NCBI GenBank assembly: GCA_946965045.2
Contig: OX337233.1
Coordinates: 372,001 to 436,000 of the forward strand
From: Epithemia pelagica
Taxonomy: Eukaryota; Protista; Bacillariophyta
DNA: 64,000 bases
Direction: 5' to 3'
Both the position numbers and the translations under genes were made by a program. Shown here piece by piece: positions 13,201 through 23,543 of the stretch. The first letter of the stretch is position 1, and each line of letters begins with the position of its first letter. A model generated the notes under the pieces. The model saw only the letters and a program-made list of their open reading frames with translations. It was not told where the DNA came from and ran no database searches.

Positions 13201-15300
13201 AGCCACCCATTACAACGATGTATCGGTTGTGCACCGCGACAGCACCACATCCCCATCGTGGCGTTGATAAGCGACAATTCAATGTCGCCCAGTTCCTCTC
13301 GTGTGTGGTGATTGTTGTCAAAGATGATTGAAACAAATCATTGAAGTCAATTCGTTCCATACTATCCAAAGGTGCTCCATTGTCTCCTCCCATCACGTAG
13401 ACGGCTCCGTTGCACACAACCGCAGCATGTCCTCGACGACTCTTGTTCATGGGTGGTCCTTCGCGCCACTGTTTGTCTCGGTCTGATAGATTCAATACAA
13501 GAACGGAATCCGTGGTACCTTTGCCTTGCTGATATCCGCCCATCACGACGACCGTTTGTCTCTTGTTGTTATCGGTGTGATTCAGTACTATCGAAGTATG
13601 ACGATAACGCCATCCACCCTCAAGAGGAGGCCAGTCCTCGAAGTTCCATTCAGGTGTCTCGTCCAACAGGACAAGGCCCGACTGCCATGCTTGCTTTTGC
13701 ACTGTCGTTGTCATGGTCACGGCTAAAAAGGTCGACAAAAGAATTGGTAGCACTTTTTTGCATTAGAGCAACGCGTGGAAGCTCAGTGGGCCTGTCCTGC
13801 GTACGATGGTGAAAGACAGTAAATCGCACATAGATTACATGACAAGCCCCCAAAAGTATCTTTTGCAGTGTAATAAAAGATACAACAACGAACGACGAGG
13901 GAGAGAGAGAGCGACATTTGTGAAGAGGTCTTTTTGTATGATGAATAGGTCCACAGATCGACAATCCCTAATTTCCATGTCATCTCGTCCCACGCCATTT
14001 ATGGAGCAACACCATTCTTCCCTTGGTCCTACGGTCGGTTCACAACGACAACGATAACGACAACAGAGAGAGTGGTCTTCTTGCCTTCTTGATCCAATGA
14101 TTCGAATGGGCATCACTCATCGGGTATATTGTAAAGGAACCAAGGTCCGAAGTACACTTACGCCAAAACAAGAATCCGACGACATGATGGACCAGAAGGA
14201 AAATGATGTCATTCATCCAGGAAAATGATGTCATTCATCCCATTCTGACTCGTTTCTCGTGTTTCATTAGCAGCAGATGCCTGCATTCGTCTTCTTTGGA
14301 CCGCTTTAACCGCTTTCGAGAATGTCACGTGGATGTGGTGGGACAGCAAAGGTTGGTTCTATGTCATTATTGATACCGACTCCATCAATCATCGTTTTTG
14401 GAGAGCCAAAACGTCTTCGCCGGTTGTCAGCAATATGCTCGCGCATGTGGTCCAATGATTGTGGCAGACGCATATCGCACTGGTTCAAGGGCCTCCGTTC
14501 GCCAAGGTGGATGTCAGTACGTGCGTTACGTTTGTCAATGGGTGATGTTGTCGTCTCGCTTGGAAGCCACAAGAGTGCTAGGAACAAAAAGTGAACTGGG
14601 GGAGTCGTCGCTTGGATCCACCTGGTGTCGACAACGTACAAGAGTTTCGTGTGTCCGGTTCCGGCAAAACGACCTACAGCCAAAAAAGAGCCACACCAGA
14701 TGAGGATTTCACGACAACTAAGAGAAACCAGAATTGACAATAAACAAAATCAATCAACATTCCTGTCCTGTTCATGACAAGGCTTTGTTGGGCAAGTTCG
14801 TCATAGAGCCTCTCTTGTGCTTGTTGTCGCTTGCTGATTCTGCTGCTGAGTTCGAGGTACAAAGATTGTCGTGGTGGAGTGGTGGTGTAAAACTCGTCGG
14901 TTTCCCCACTTCCACGCCCAATAACAAAACAAAAGTACAGAAGCAGCAACCACACATGATCGATTTCCACGAAGAACCATCAGAAGTGGACAACAGTGGC
15001 AACAAGATTCGCCTTGACCCATCCGAACAACACCACTGTAACAATCGTCCGTCTGTTTCAACAAGGATCACGACAAGAAGTGAAAAATCACAACTCATGA
15101 TCCACCAACAGCAGCCAAACAACAACAAGAACAATCGTCGTTTGCACAACAGGTTGATCGAAGCATCACCATCACCCTGGGTGGATCAAATAATGACGAC
15201 TTCCAAAACAGTTGCCTTGTCAGAACAAGGTCCACCAGAAGCACAGTTTTGGGAATCGTGGCAACACCAATATTTGTACCGAGTTGACAACCCACGATAA
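10300..15300. repeat. Homologous spacer blocks ~10300-11750 and ~13790-15300 between Kelch genes
   Basis: Shared ACAGAGAGAGTGGTCTTCTTG..GATCCAATGATTCGAATGGGCATC near 10580 and 14065. Peptide pieces EKQQPTMLDFQ / QKQQPHMIDFH and LEHGPP / SEQGPP. Boundaries are approximate. Confidence 0.7.
12578..13714 (-). CDS. Kelch-repeat protein 4 (378 aa), basic C-terminal tail removed by TGA
   Basis: Six blades; ATG at 13714. After the TGA the frame continues ARKRARPNTCQNERGNDEA to a TAG at 12518-12520. Confidence 0.9.
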   Translation of the reverse strand: MTTTVQKQAWQSGLVLLDETPEWNFEDWPPLEGGWRYRHTSIVLNHTDNNKRQTVVVMGGYQQGKGTTDSVLVLNLSDRDKQWREGPPMNKSRRGHAAVVCNGAVYVMGGDNGAPLDSMERIDFNDLFQSSLTTITTHERNWATLNCRLSTPRWGCGAVAVHNRYIVVMGGYSDRYLSSVDIIDTNNHIVIEGPSMTVPRSYFGSAVIGHRIFVVGGCNDKGYLDSLEYLDYATPCDSDVIKKEIGLTFISSSSTWITHPDLVLSNAQGSCAMVAVGSCLVAAGGRSRTVEVLDTHHNRVWNLPPFANYRRGCSMVTVANQVAVIGGLRNPSCATLPLLDRNSWCFRRLCEEQPNGWHHSLEGVGIRDDDISPFFTSA

Positions 15301-16017
15301 GCCTGTCCTGCCTGCAACAGGGGAAGTACTTGGCACTGCTGCATTCGCAACGGAAATCAAACAAAGACAAACTGTGCTGGCTGTCGGATCCAGCCAATGC
15401 TACCAATCCACGGCCCCACCGACTGGGATGGTCGAAACGTCACTTGTTCGTCATGTGCCATCACTTGAAGAGACACAATTCAGGCCGCTCCTTCTGTGTC
15501 TAAAAGATACAATGAGGCCATAAAATACTGTCATCTTCCATTTAAGATGATACATTCTATTCAAGACAAGTGAGTTTTCAACTGCACAGAGAGGGAACGG
15601 TACCATGGCCATTCATCCAAAAGTGGTTGCATCACATCGGCAGGTTTGCAGAGGACAGCAGTGCCATGGCAGACGCTGTAACATCTCATTATCTACTACA
15701 CGGATAATGCCACAAACGCCATGGCTTCAGAAGGAAAATCATGTGCGGTCATCTTCTGTACAAGGTGGTGCCTTCAAAACATGCTAGGAGTTGATCTGTG
15801 ATACCCGTCTACTGTAGTGTCTTTTTCGACAAAGCAAGTCACTCCGTTTAGGTATAGTGATTTAGAGCCTTTCATTAACCTGTATGATTGACAACGTAAC
15901 TCAGGATGGACAGGATGGGCACGATCTCCTTTTTTGTTTGAGAGTATAATGACAATGATATAGTTGCTCGACCATGGCCGTGCAACTTGTTGCACATTTC
16001 TCAAGTGCCATCCTCCA

Positions 16018-17175
16018 TCATGTATTGGTCCTGAATCGTTTAAGAGTGGATGTCGAGATGGTGCTGGATGTTACATTGACATCTCCGTTACTCGATCTTT
16101 CTAGACAATGATACCATTTGTTCCGAGGCTGCTCACAGAGTTGTCGAAAACACCATGAATTTCTATCCAGAAGTTGTAATGTCGCACAGGTAGGATTGTC
16201 CCATCCACCAATCACGGCAACGTGATTGGCAACAGTCACCATATTGCAGCCCCTGCGATAATCCACGAATGGTGGGAGATTCCACACACGGTTGCGGTTC
16301 GTATCCAACACTTCCACGGTTGTATTGCGCCATCCTCCCGCCACCACCAGACAAGATCCCACGGTAACCACTGCACAAGAACTTCGTACATTGGAAAGCA
16401 CCAACTCAGAATGAGTGATCCAACTGGACGAGAAGCAAATAGCTGTAGACAAAGTTCCGTCTTTTGTCTCCTCTGCAAAGTCCAAGTACTCCACCGAGTC
16501 AAGATTGCCATGCTTGTTACGACCTCCAACGACAAAGATGCGGTGACCAATGACCGCACTGGCACATTCAAATCGAGGAATGTTCATGGATTGTCCCGCA
16601 GTGACAGTGTGGTTCCTTGTATCAATAATGTCCACCGACGACAAATAATCATCGTTGTAGCCACCCACTACAACGATGTATCGGTTGTGAACCGCAACAG
16701 CACAACATCCAAATCGTCCCGTTGATAAGCGACATGTCAATGTCGTCCAATGACTCTCCTGTGTGGTGGTTTTTGTTAAAGATGACTGTACTAGATCGTT
16801 GGTATCAATGCGTTCTATGCAACTCAACGTTAAATTTCCATTGAATCCTCCCATCACGTAGACGGCTCCGTTGCACACGACGGCGGCATGGTCGTAACGT
16901 TTCTTGTTCATTGGTGGTCCGTATCGCCACTGCTTGTTTGACTCTGCTAAGTCCAATGCAAGAACGGAATCCGTGGTACCTTTGCCTTGCTGATATCCGC
17001 CCGACGCGACGACGGTTTGTTCCTTGTTGTTATCGGGATGATTCAGTACGACCGATGCATGACACTCTCGCCATCCTCCCTCAAGCGGAGGCCAGTCCTC
17101 GAAATTCCATTCAGGTGGCTCTTCCGATAAGACAAGGCCCGACTGCCATGCTTCTTCTTTCAGTGTCATGCTCAT
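16018..17175 (-). CDS. Kelch-repeat protein 5 (385 aa)
   Basis: Six blades; ATG MSMTLKEE; C-terminal LKRFRTNT. Confidence 0.92.
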   Translation of the reverse strand: MSMTLKEEAWQSGLVLSEEPPEWNFEDWPPLEGGWRECHASVVLNHPDNNKEQTVVASGGYQQGKGTTDSVLALDLAESNKQWRYGPPMNKKRYDHAAVVCNGAVYVMGGFNGNLTLSCIERIDTNDLVQSSLTKTTTQESHWTTLTCRLSTGRFGCCAVAVHNRYIVVVGGYNDDYLSSVDIIDTRNHTVTAGQSMNIPRFECASAVIGHRIFVVGGRNKHGNLDSVEYLDFAEETKDGTLSTAICFSSSWITHSELVLSNVRSSCAVVTVGSCLVVAGGWRNTTVEVLDTNRNRVWNLPPFVDYRRGCNMVTVANHVAVIGGWDNPTCATLQLLDRNSWCFRQLCEQPRNKWYHCLERSSNGDVNVTSSTISTSTLKRFRTNT

Positions 17176-17788
17176 GGTTCCAAAGGTTTCTTGACTGCTT
17201 GATGCGAGGATCGAGACACTGAGTTGTACACCTATGTGGTTAGTGGTTTTGCTTCGCCTTTAGCTAGAACTGTTTTACTAAAATCCTCATGACTCACCCC
17301 CGCTGGGGAGGGAACTCTCAGCGCCCCAACAACGTCGACGATGGTGTGGACTGGGTATCTCTGTGTGTCTATACTACGACAACGTTTGTTCCTTATACAC
17401 CACACACAAGACAACTCACGGACCAACGGGAAGAGTTTGTATTAGACATCCGCCCATTTGTCGATAACATCTAGAAGTACGTAATGTTGTGAATGTTTTG
17501 TGGACAGGGCGCGGTCCTTACTTATAAATATCCAGAATATAGAAGAGTATAGAAGAAGGGAGCTCCTACTGTCCTGGCTCGTCGTACGTGACAGGCAAAA
17601 AGACTGGCACGCTGTTGTCAATGCCCAGAGTCCTCTTCCCCTGTCCTCAAGACTACGTGCTAGTACTATAGCCTGAAGGTCGCAATCACACATTCTACTA
17701 CAGGAACCACAGGAACCACAGAATTGGAACTTCCACAACACTATTGCATGCATCCAAAAGGTACTACTGGAGCGAACGACTATAACCA

Positions 17789-18739
17789 CTATACGACCAA
17801 TGTCTCCACCTTCTCCTCCTCGGAAGCACTTGGCGTCTTGGCGTCGTCGTTTGCTGCTGCTTTGGAGGCCTTGTCGTCCGTATCATCCTCCTCGTTGGTT
17901 CCAGTACTGGACGACGAATAGGCATACTTTGTGGAACTGCTGGCCGTGGCGTCCAGAACCAGTGCATCCTCAGTATCGTCTTGCTGGACCACCTCACTCC
18001 CTTGTTGGGACAGTTCGGCATTTCGTTTCACCAATCCTTCGACCAAGCCTTTCATGCAAAACAATCCCAAGACAAAGTAGGCAACGCCAATGGCAAAGAC
18101 GGCCATGCCATTCCATTGAATCACGGCCACCGTCAATTGTTCCGTCAAACTCGGTACGGTCAATTCATGATACAAACTCGCCTTGGCCACCAAGGCGGAC
18201 ACGGAGGCCACAAAGCAATAACAAAAGCCCCGGACACTCCAATTGTGCAAGACGGGCAGTAAAAAGGAGGTGGCGGGCAATTCGACCAGAATAAACAAGG
18301 TGGCCATGAACATGCAAAAAATGCGACAAACGTCGTCGGTAAAGAATTCGCCCCGTTTCAAGATGGAAAAACTCAAACATTGCAGCAAGAGCATCCACAA
18401 GGAGCACAAGGCTGCCATCATGGAAAAGGCCGTATAGGCGTGAAACAAGGCCGTGGCCGGCGTCAATCGATAGCCCCGAACTTCGTGTTGCCAACAGGAC
18501 CAACCGGCAATTCCCGACGTGGAGCTTGGACCAGTCGTGGTATTAGCAGGATCGTGGTACGGTGTGTCATTCGTTTCAATGTCACTCCCTGTTGTGCCGG
18601 AAACAAAGGAAACCTTTTTGGTCGTGGTGGTAGGAGTCACCAGCTGCGCCTTTGGTTGGTTGGACGACAAGAGTCCAGTCGTTTCGGAAGGAGCATTGGA
18701 CTCTTCTGTCCCTGGAAGCCCTCTACGAATGCCGTCCAT
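17789..18739 (-). CDS. Four-TM membrane protein, COPI-associated/Tvp15-like (316 aa)
   Basis: Four hydrophobic segments with LFILVEL..NWSVRGFCYCFV, flanked by disordered S/T- and D/E-rich tails. Family call by motif resemblance. Confidence 0.6.
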   Translation of the reverse strand: MDGIRRGLPGTEESNAPSETTGLLSSNQPKAQLVTPTTTTKKVSFVSGTTGSDIETNDTPYHDPANTTTGPSSTSGIAGWSCWQHEVRGYRLTPATALFHAYTAFSMMAALCSLWMLLLQCLSFSILKRGEFFTDDVCRIFCMFMATLFILVELPATSFLLPVLHNWSVRGFCYCFVASVSALVAKASLYHELTVPSLTEQLTVAVIQWNGMAVFAIGVAYFVLGLFCMKGLVEGLVKRNAELSQQGSEVVQQDDTEDALVLDATASSSTKYAYSSSSTGTNEEDDTDDKASKAAANDDAKTPSASEEEKVETLVV

Positions 18740-19438
18740 GTCAAAATATTCGAATCCATGTAAAAGAATGAGTGAAGGGGGACAACATTGTTGTTTGTGG
18801 TGGTGTAGTAGTTTTGAGAAGGAGCAATGACGCAAGCGTATAGCACAAAGAGCAGCGTGAGAAGGCGATTCGGTCCAAATCCCTCATATCACACGAGTCA
18901 CAACACTCCAATCCACAGGAGAGATTGTAGATGGGTAGGCGTTTGGCATTTCCAAGGTGTTTTTTCTGGCCGCATTTGCAGACAAATATCCGTGGCTTAC
19001 CTGCTCTTCTTGTTGTTGGACGACGACAGCGAGGAAAAACTCCACATTGTCCACAACTCTCGACCCTGTACGAGTGACACAAGAGGAACGAACGACAATC
19101 TATGTCGGTAGAAAGGCTGTGTTGATTCGGTCAGACGACAACACTGGTCCGCAACAACAACAACACCGTCAAAAAGATTCGGATTCAACGGAATGTTCGA
19201 TCCATGGTGGTGGTCTCATTTTTGTTTCTCTGGCATCGCCCCCACCCCCAAAAAGTGAAACTCGCCCCCCAATGACAAGGGTTGTAAAACGCGTCATGTC
19301 GACAATGACCGCCACCACACCATCGCACGGATCCTTTCTCGAGTAGACGCAATACTCTCGACACACACACCCGAGGCGAGGAAGAAAGATGGAGAGAAAC
19401 TCGTTTGGCAGCAGAGAGTCGACTCCCCAGAATGAACC

Positions 19439-20450
19439 TCAAAGACGCCAAACTGCTGGTGCGCCGATGACAACACAAACCATGGTGAATGATGACCCGG
19501 ATGCCTTGGCAGTCATTTTGGGCGGTAACATGACGGCTCCTTCTCCGACTGGTTTCCATCGCTTTGCTCCTACACACCAATCGAGGAGTGTGTGTATTTG
19601 GAGAACTACTGTTTTGCTTTTTGTGAAGGAACAGGTCTAACGTTGCACAAGCAAGCCCCATGAAATTTGGTCCCTGGTGTCGTTTTGCTGTGATTTGACT
19701 CTCTCACGTTCGGACACAATTTGGAATGTTGTAATATCGAGAACCCTTCCTTTTGCCATCTCTCGTACTTTCCTTTGAGAAATCGATCGAGGCCCGGTAT
19801 CTGGTTCGATTTGTCCAAGGAGCGTACCAGGGATAGCATGCAAGGGTTCTGGATACATACGACATTCAATGGTTCGGGCTCCACTGGATCCACCATCCGC
19901 AACCTTGGGCGGTTTGGGGAATGCCTTGGCAGTCATTTTGGGCGGTACAATGTCGGCTCCGTCTCCGACTGGTCTCAATAGTTTTCGGCGTACACGCCAT
20001 TCGATGAGTGTGCTGATTTGGAGAAATACTGTTTTGTTGAGAGTTGACCCGCTTTTCGAACCAAACCATGCCAAAAACCAGGAACTAACGCGTCGGTTAA
20101 GGTGCAAGGGTGGTCCCACGGACTGGCATTCCACGTCTGGTTCCAGTTGGGTGGTGGAAAGGACTTGGTGGGAATACGCAGAAGGAAGCAATCGAATCGA
20201 TTCCTGCAAGTCCTGGTACCAGACATGCTGGGACGGGACATTGGCTCTGCGATTCGCCAGAGCCACTATCCAGACAAAGCATGTCTCGTTCCAAGAAGAG
20301 TCGTTGGCATAGTATTCTGTCTTGATGGACACGATCCTTGCTTTTCTTCCATGGAAACGAACAAGGCTGCATCCTCATTTGTAATGACAGGGTTCCTCTG
20401 TTTTGGCCGGTTTTATGTTTTCCACGTTAAGGATGACGGAGTTCCCTCAA
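19439..20450 (-). pseudogene. Stop-interrupted gene with an internally duplicated ~40-aa module, possibly C2-like
   Basis: KTVFLQISTLIEWRVRRKLLRPVGDGADIVPPKMTAKA and KTVVLQIHTLLDWCVGAKRWKPVGEGAVMLPPKMTAKA lie in one frame, separated by a TAG at 19637-19639. Further in-frame TGAs lie upstream. Confidence 0.35.
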
Positions 20451-20788
20451 CACCAATGCACATCCTCCCTTGGTCCCCACCAACCGTGGGAACCAAAGTG
20501 GTTGGTTCACACACACACACACATACAAGTCCAACTCGCACAGGCTCGCCCACTCGGAAAAAGGTCCTCGATACAAATAAACTGGAACTGCGGTTCGCCT
20601 CAAGGACGGAATTGGTGACTCGTCGTCTTGTCCAAGACGGCCACACGGTATACTACCAAAGAAACAACAGCACACACGCACCGGTTGGGTAGATTCTGGG
20701 TGGTTTTCCGGATGGTGTGCTGCAGTGTGCCCTAAACCATCAAGTCTCTCGGACCGTCGACACTGTATCTACTTTGCTGCAACGCAAC

Positions 20789-20790
<2 letters not shown>

Positions 20791-20822
<32 letters not shown>
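20791..20822. repeat. (AC)n microsatellite, ~16 units
   Basis: Read directly from the sequence. Confidence 0.95.
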
Positions 20823-20824
<2 letters not shown>

Positions 20825-21045
20825 TTGGTTGTCTACACACACACAAAACACGACGAACCACGATACGGTTCTACCAGTTTCCCTCTCTTTTTCGAGCAAG
20901 AGCATGAGGTTTTGGTACGTTAGAACAAAATGTAGTTCGATACTAGTAGCTGATTGTTGTACCCCGGTATAGTGTGTGGAGCCCTCGTGTGTCTTTTGGA
21001 GTTTGGGTGGATTCGGAATCGTAGCGCGAAAAATAAAACTGTAAC

Positions 21046-22569
21046 TTAATAGATGGGATCGGTAGGAAATCCAAAGGCATTAATAGTCGGTGCAAACCGC
21101 AAGCCTCCGTCCGCATCTTCAAAAATGCCCAGAGCCTTGGTGCGTTGCGCCCACAGCGATTGAGTCCATTGAAATTGACGTTGTTGTCGTTCTTGATGGT
21201 GGTGTTGCTGGTCGGCTCCTTGGTGTTGTGGTTCGTCTTGTTGCTGTTGTGGTGGTGGTGCTTCGTGCTCGTGCGCTTGTCGGGCTCGAAACTCGGCCCG
21301 AAATCGTTGGGGCAAACAGGGACAGGATGCCACGGTCCGTTTGGCATTCCAATGCACCCGCGCAATGGTTTGCACAGCTTCATAGACCTGATCCAATCTA
21401 TCAGGATATTGAACCGCTTCCGGTACCACCACCAAGGATGACGACCAGGACGAACCTGTCGTTGTGGAAACGGAGGACGCCCGGAAAGAGGAGGACGAGG
21501 CAGCACCCGACACCACGGAGGAGGACAAGGAGTGATGATGACGCGCACAAAAACAGCAACGAACCCCGACTTGACCCACCCGAATGGTACGAGTGACAGT
21601 TGCATGGCTGTTCCCACAAGTCAGCAATCTGTTTCGTTGGTCTTGTAATTGTTCTTGCTGTTGCTGTTGCAAAACGACATGATGGGGTTGAGCTTCAAAA
21701 AATTCCACATTTTGTCGAATCAACACTTGCAAGGAGGAAAAGGACGTGTGATCGGGGGACAAGTACAAGGTAATGGGAGGACGACCCGTCAAGACGTGTT
21801 GTGGCTGTTCTTGTGGTTGTGCCTGTTGTTGCGAACCGGAGGACGGCAATAACGATGGTCGTGTTTCGTTCCTGGTTGGATCCTGGTGGTGTCCCGACCG
21901 GGCGGACCTTGGTGGCGGAAAGGTGAGCAGGGGGTCATGTTGGTCCTCGAGGTAATCATATGGAACCGACAAGGTAGAAGCTGCGGCATTTCTCGAATCC
22001 ATCCGTGGCAGAGTTTCCTCCGAGGCTGGAGCTGCTGCCACTGCGATTGGTGCTGGTGCCAGTGATGGCTCGGCATGCTGCTGCTGCTGCTGTCGTTGCT
22101 GCTCTTGTGGCTCCGGCGGACCATGGTTCTGAAAGCTCCCTGGCATGATCTCGTCCCATGGGTCGTTCCACGAATGACGCGCTTTCTTGTGCCGGCGACT
22201 GCTGCGAGCAGCTCGTCGTTCCGTGTCGTCGGACCAAACTCGTTCCTGGTTCTCATCCTCATTTTCTGGACGGACTGGGGGCCGTGGCTGGGACGAATCC
22301 AAGTCGTGAGGTGATGGATCCTCGTCATTTTCCTGACCGGAACGATACTCTTGCTCCATTCTTGGTGGTTCTTGTCCTCGTTGTCGTCTTGATGGTCGTC
22401 GTTCTTGGTTCTCCTCGTCGTCATTGTTAGGAGGTGGTGGCCAGGAATACGGTTGCATTGTCGGCTTGGTGGTGGTGATGGTCCTGGTCCAAGACACAGA
22501 GGATGAATGGTCCTTCCAGTAATCGAGTTCTGGTGGCGGTTGCTGCCGTGCGCAGTTTGTGGCTGTCAT
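21046..22569 (-). CDS. Q/P-rich protein with C-terminal diatom-type Cys/His domain (507 aa)
   Basis: LIRQNVEFFEA..IRVGQVGVRCCFCA..YPDRLDQVYEAVQTIARVH..CPCLP..LWAQRTKALGIFE..GLRF. First ATG is at 22569. Confidence 0.8.
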   Translation of the reverse strand: MTATNCARQQPPPELDYWKDHSSSVSWTRTITTTKPTMQPYSWPPPPNNDDEENQERRPSRRQRGQEPPRMEQEYRSGQENDEDPSPHDLDSSQPRPPVRPENEDENQERVWSDDTERRAARSSRRHKKARHSWNDPWDEIMPGSFQNHGPPEPQEQQRQQQQQHAEPSLAPAPIAVAAAPASEETLPRMDSRNAAASTLSVPYDYLEDQHDPLLTFPPPRSARSGHHQDPTRNETRPSLLPSSGSQQQAQPQEQPQHVLTGRPPITLYLSPDHTSFSSLQVLIRQNVEFFEAQPHHVVLQQQQQEQLQDQRNRLLTCGNSHATVTRTIRVGQVGVRCCFCARHHHSLSSSVVSGAASSSSFRASSVSTTTGSSWSSSLVVVPEAVQYPDRLDQVYEAVQTIARVHWNAKRTVASCPCLPQRFRAEFRARQAHEHEAPPPQQQQDEPQHQGADQQHHHQERQQRQFQWTQSLWAQRTKALGIFEDADGGLRFAPTINAFGFPTDPIY

Positions 22570-23543
22570 GATGATGATGATGATGTTGACCTTTGGGGGA
22601 CAAGGACGATTCAAAAATCTGGAGTGTCTGTTGATCGTAGTGCTGCTGTGCTCAACTTGGGATGTGTTGTGTGCAGCAGGGTTGTACTTCTACGACTCGA
22701 GATTTGAGATATAATACCACCAAACTCTCGATAACTGTAGAATAGAAGGTGCCGGGCATGGCAGCACTGCACTACACAGTGGCTGCTTGCTGCAGTATGC
22801 AGTATGCAGCCACCACAAGAACATGACGACGAGAGGATTGGCAATGCCCATTCATCATTCCGGAAGGAGAGGATCATCCAGGAATGAGTCGTGATTGCCA
22901 AAGCTCCTTCGCATTGCCGTCATCGATCGGTGCGACCCAAACTCCTGCGAATTCGCGTCCGTGCGGCGTCGGACGAACAACAGTTCAACGTGGATTCCCC
23001 TCGTACGCCGATGCGTTCGGCACTTGGGGTAGAGCTACATCATAATATTAGCACAGAACCACAGTTTACTTCTTGCAAGGTAGAACGGCACCCCATGGAG
23101 ACGCACTCGGAACCATGGTGGGCGTCTCGCTCTGGCCTGGCAAGGTATTGCGTGTCGTCACCAGCGCGTTCACAACCACCGATCCGATCCCTCTCCAGGA
23201 GGATTGACTCAAACAATGGCGGCGAGCTCTCACGGACTGTACCATTCTCCTCCACAAGAATGCTGGATGTTGTAGTTTGGATGGAACTCGACGGACAACT
23301 ACCTACTATATGTCATTCATCGTTGGTTGGCAACTGAGTTTGGAAAGTGGGCGGGAGAATGCGCATGCGTCGTGGGTTTGGGATGAGAGAGAGTCCTTGC
23401 ATGCTGAAAAAAAACTTCTATTCTTTTTACAAGTAGCTGTATCTAGGGGTGCGATCCACAAGGAACCGTGCGTGGTAGGTTCTGCTCTCTTTGTCTGTCT
23501 ATATGGAGAACTCTCCAAAGCTTACACGGTTGTTCTGTTTTGG

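Noticed and set aside
14198-14241. Short direct duplications (22 bp here, 19 bp at 45872-45909) and poly-C at 7239-7250
   Set aside because: Consistent with replication slippage; no further structure.
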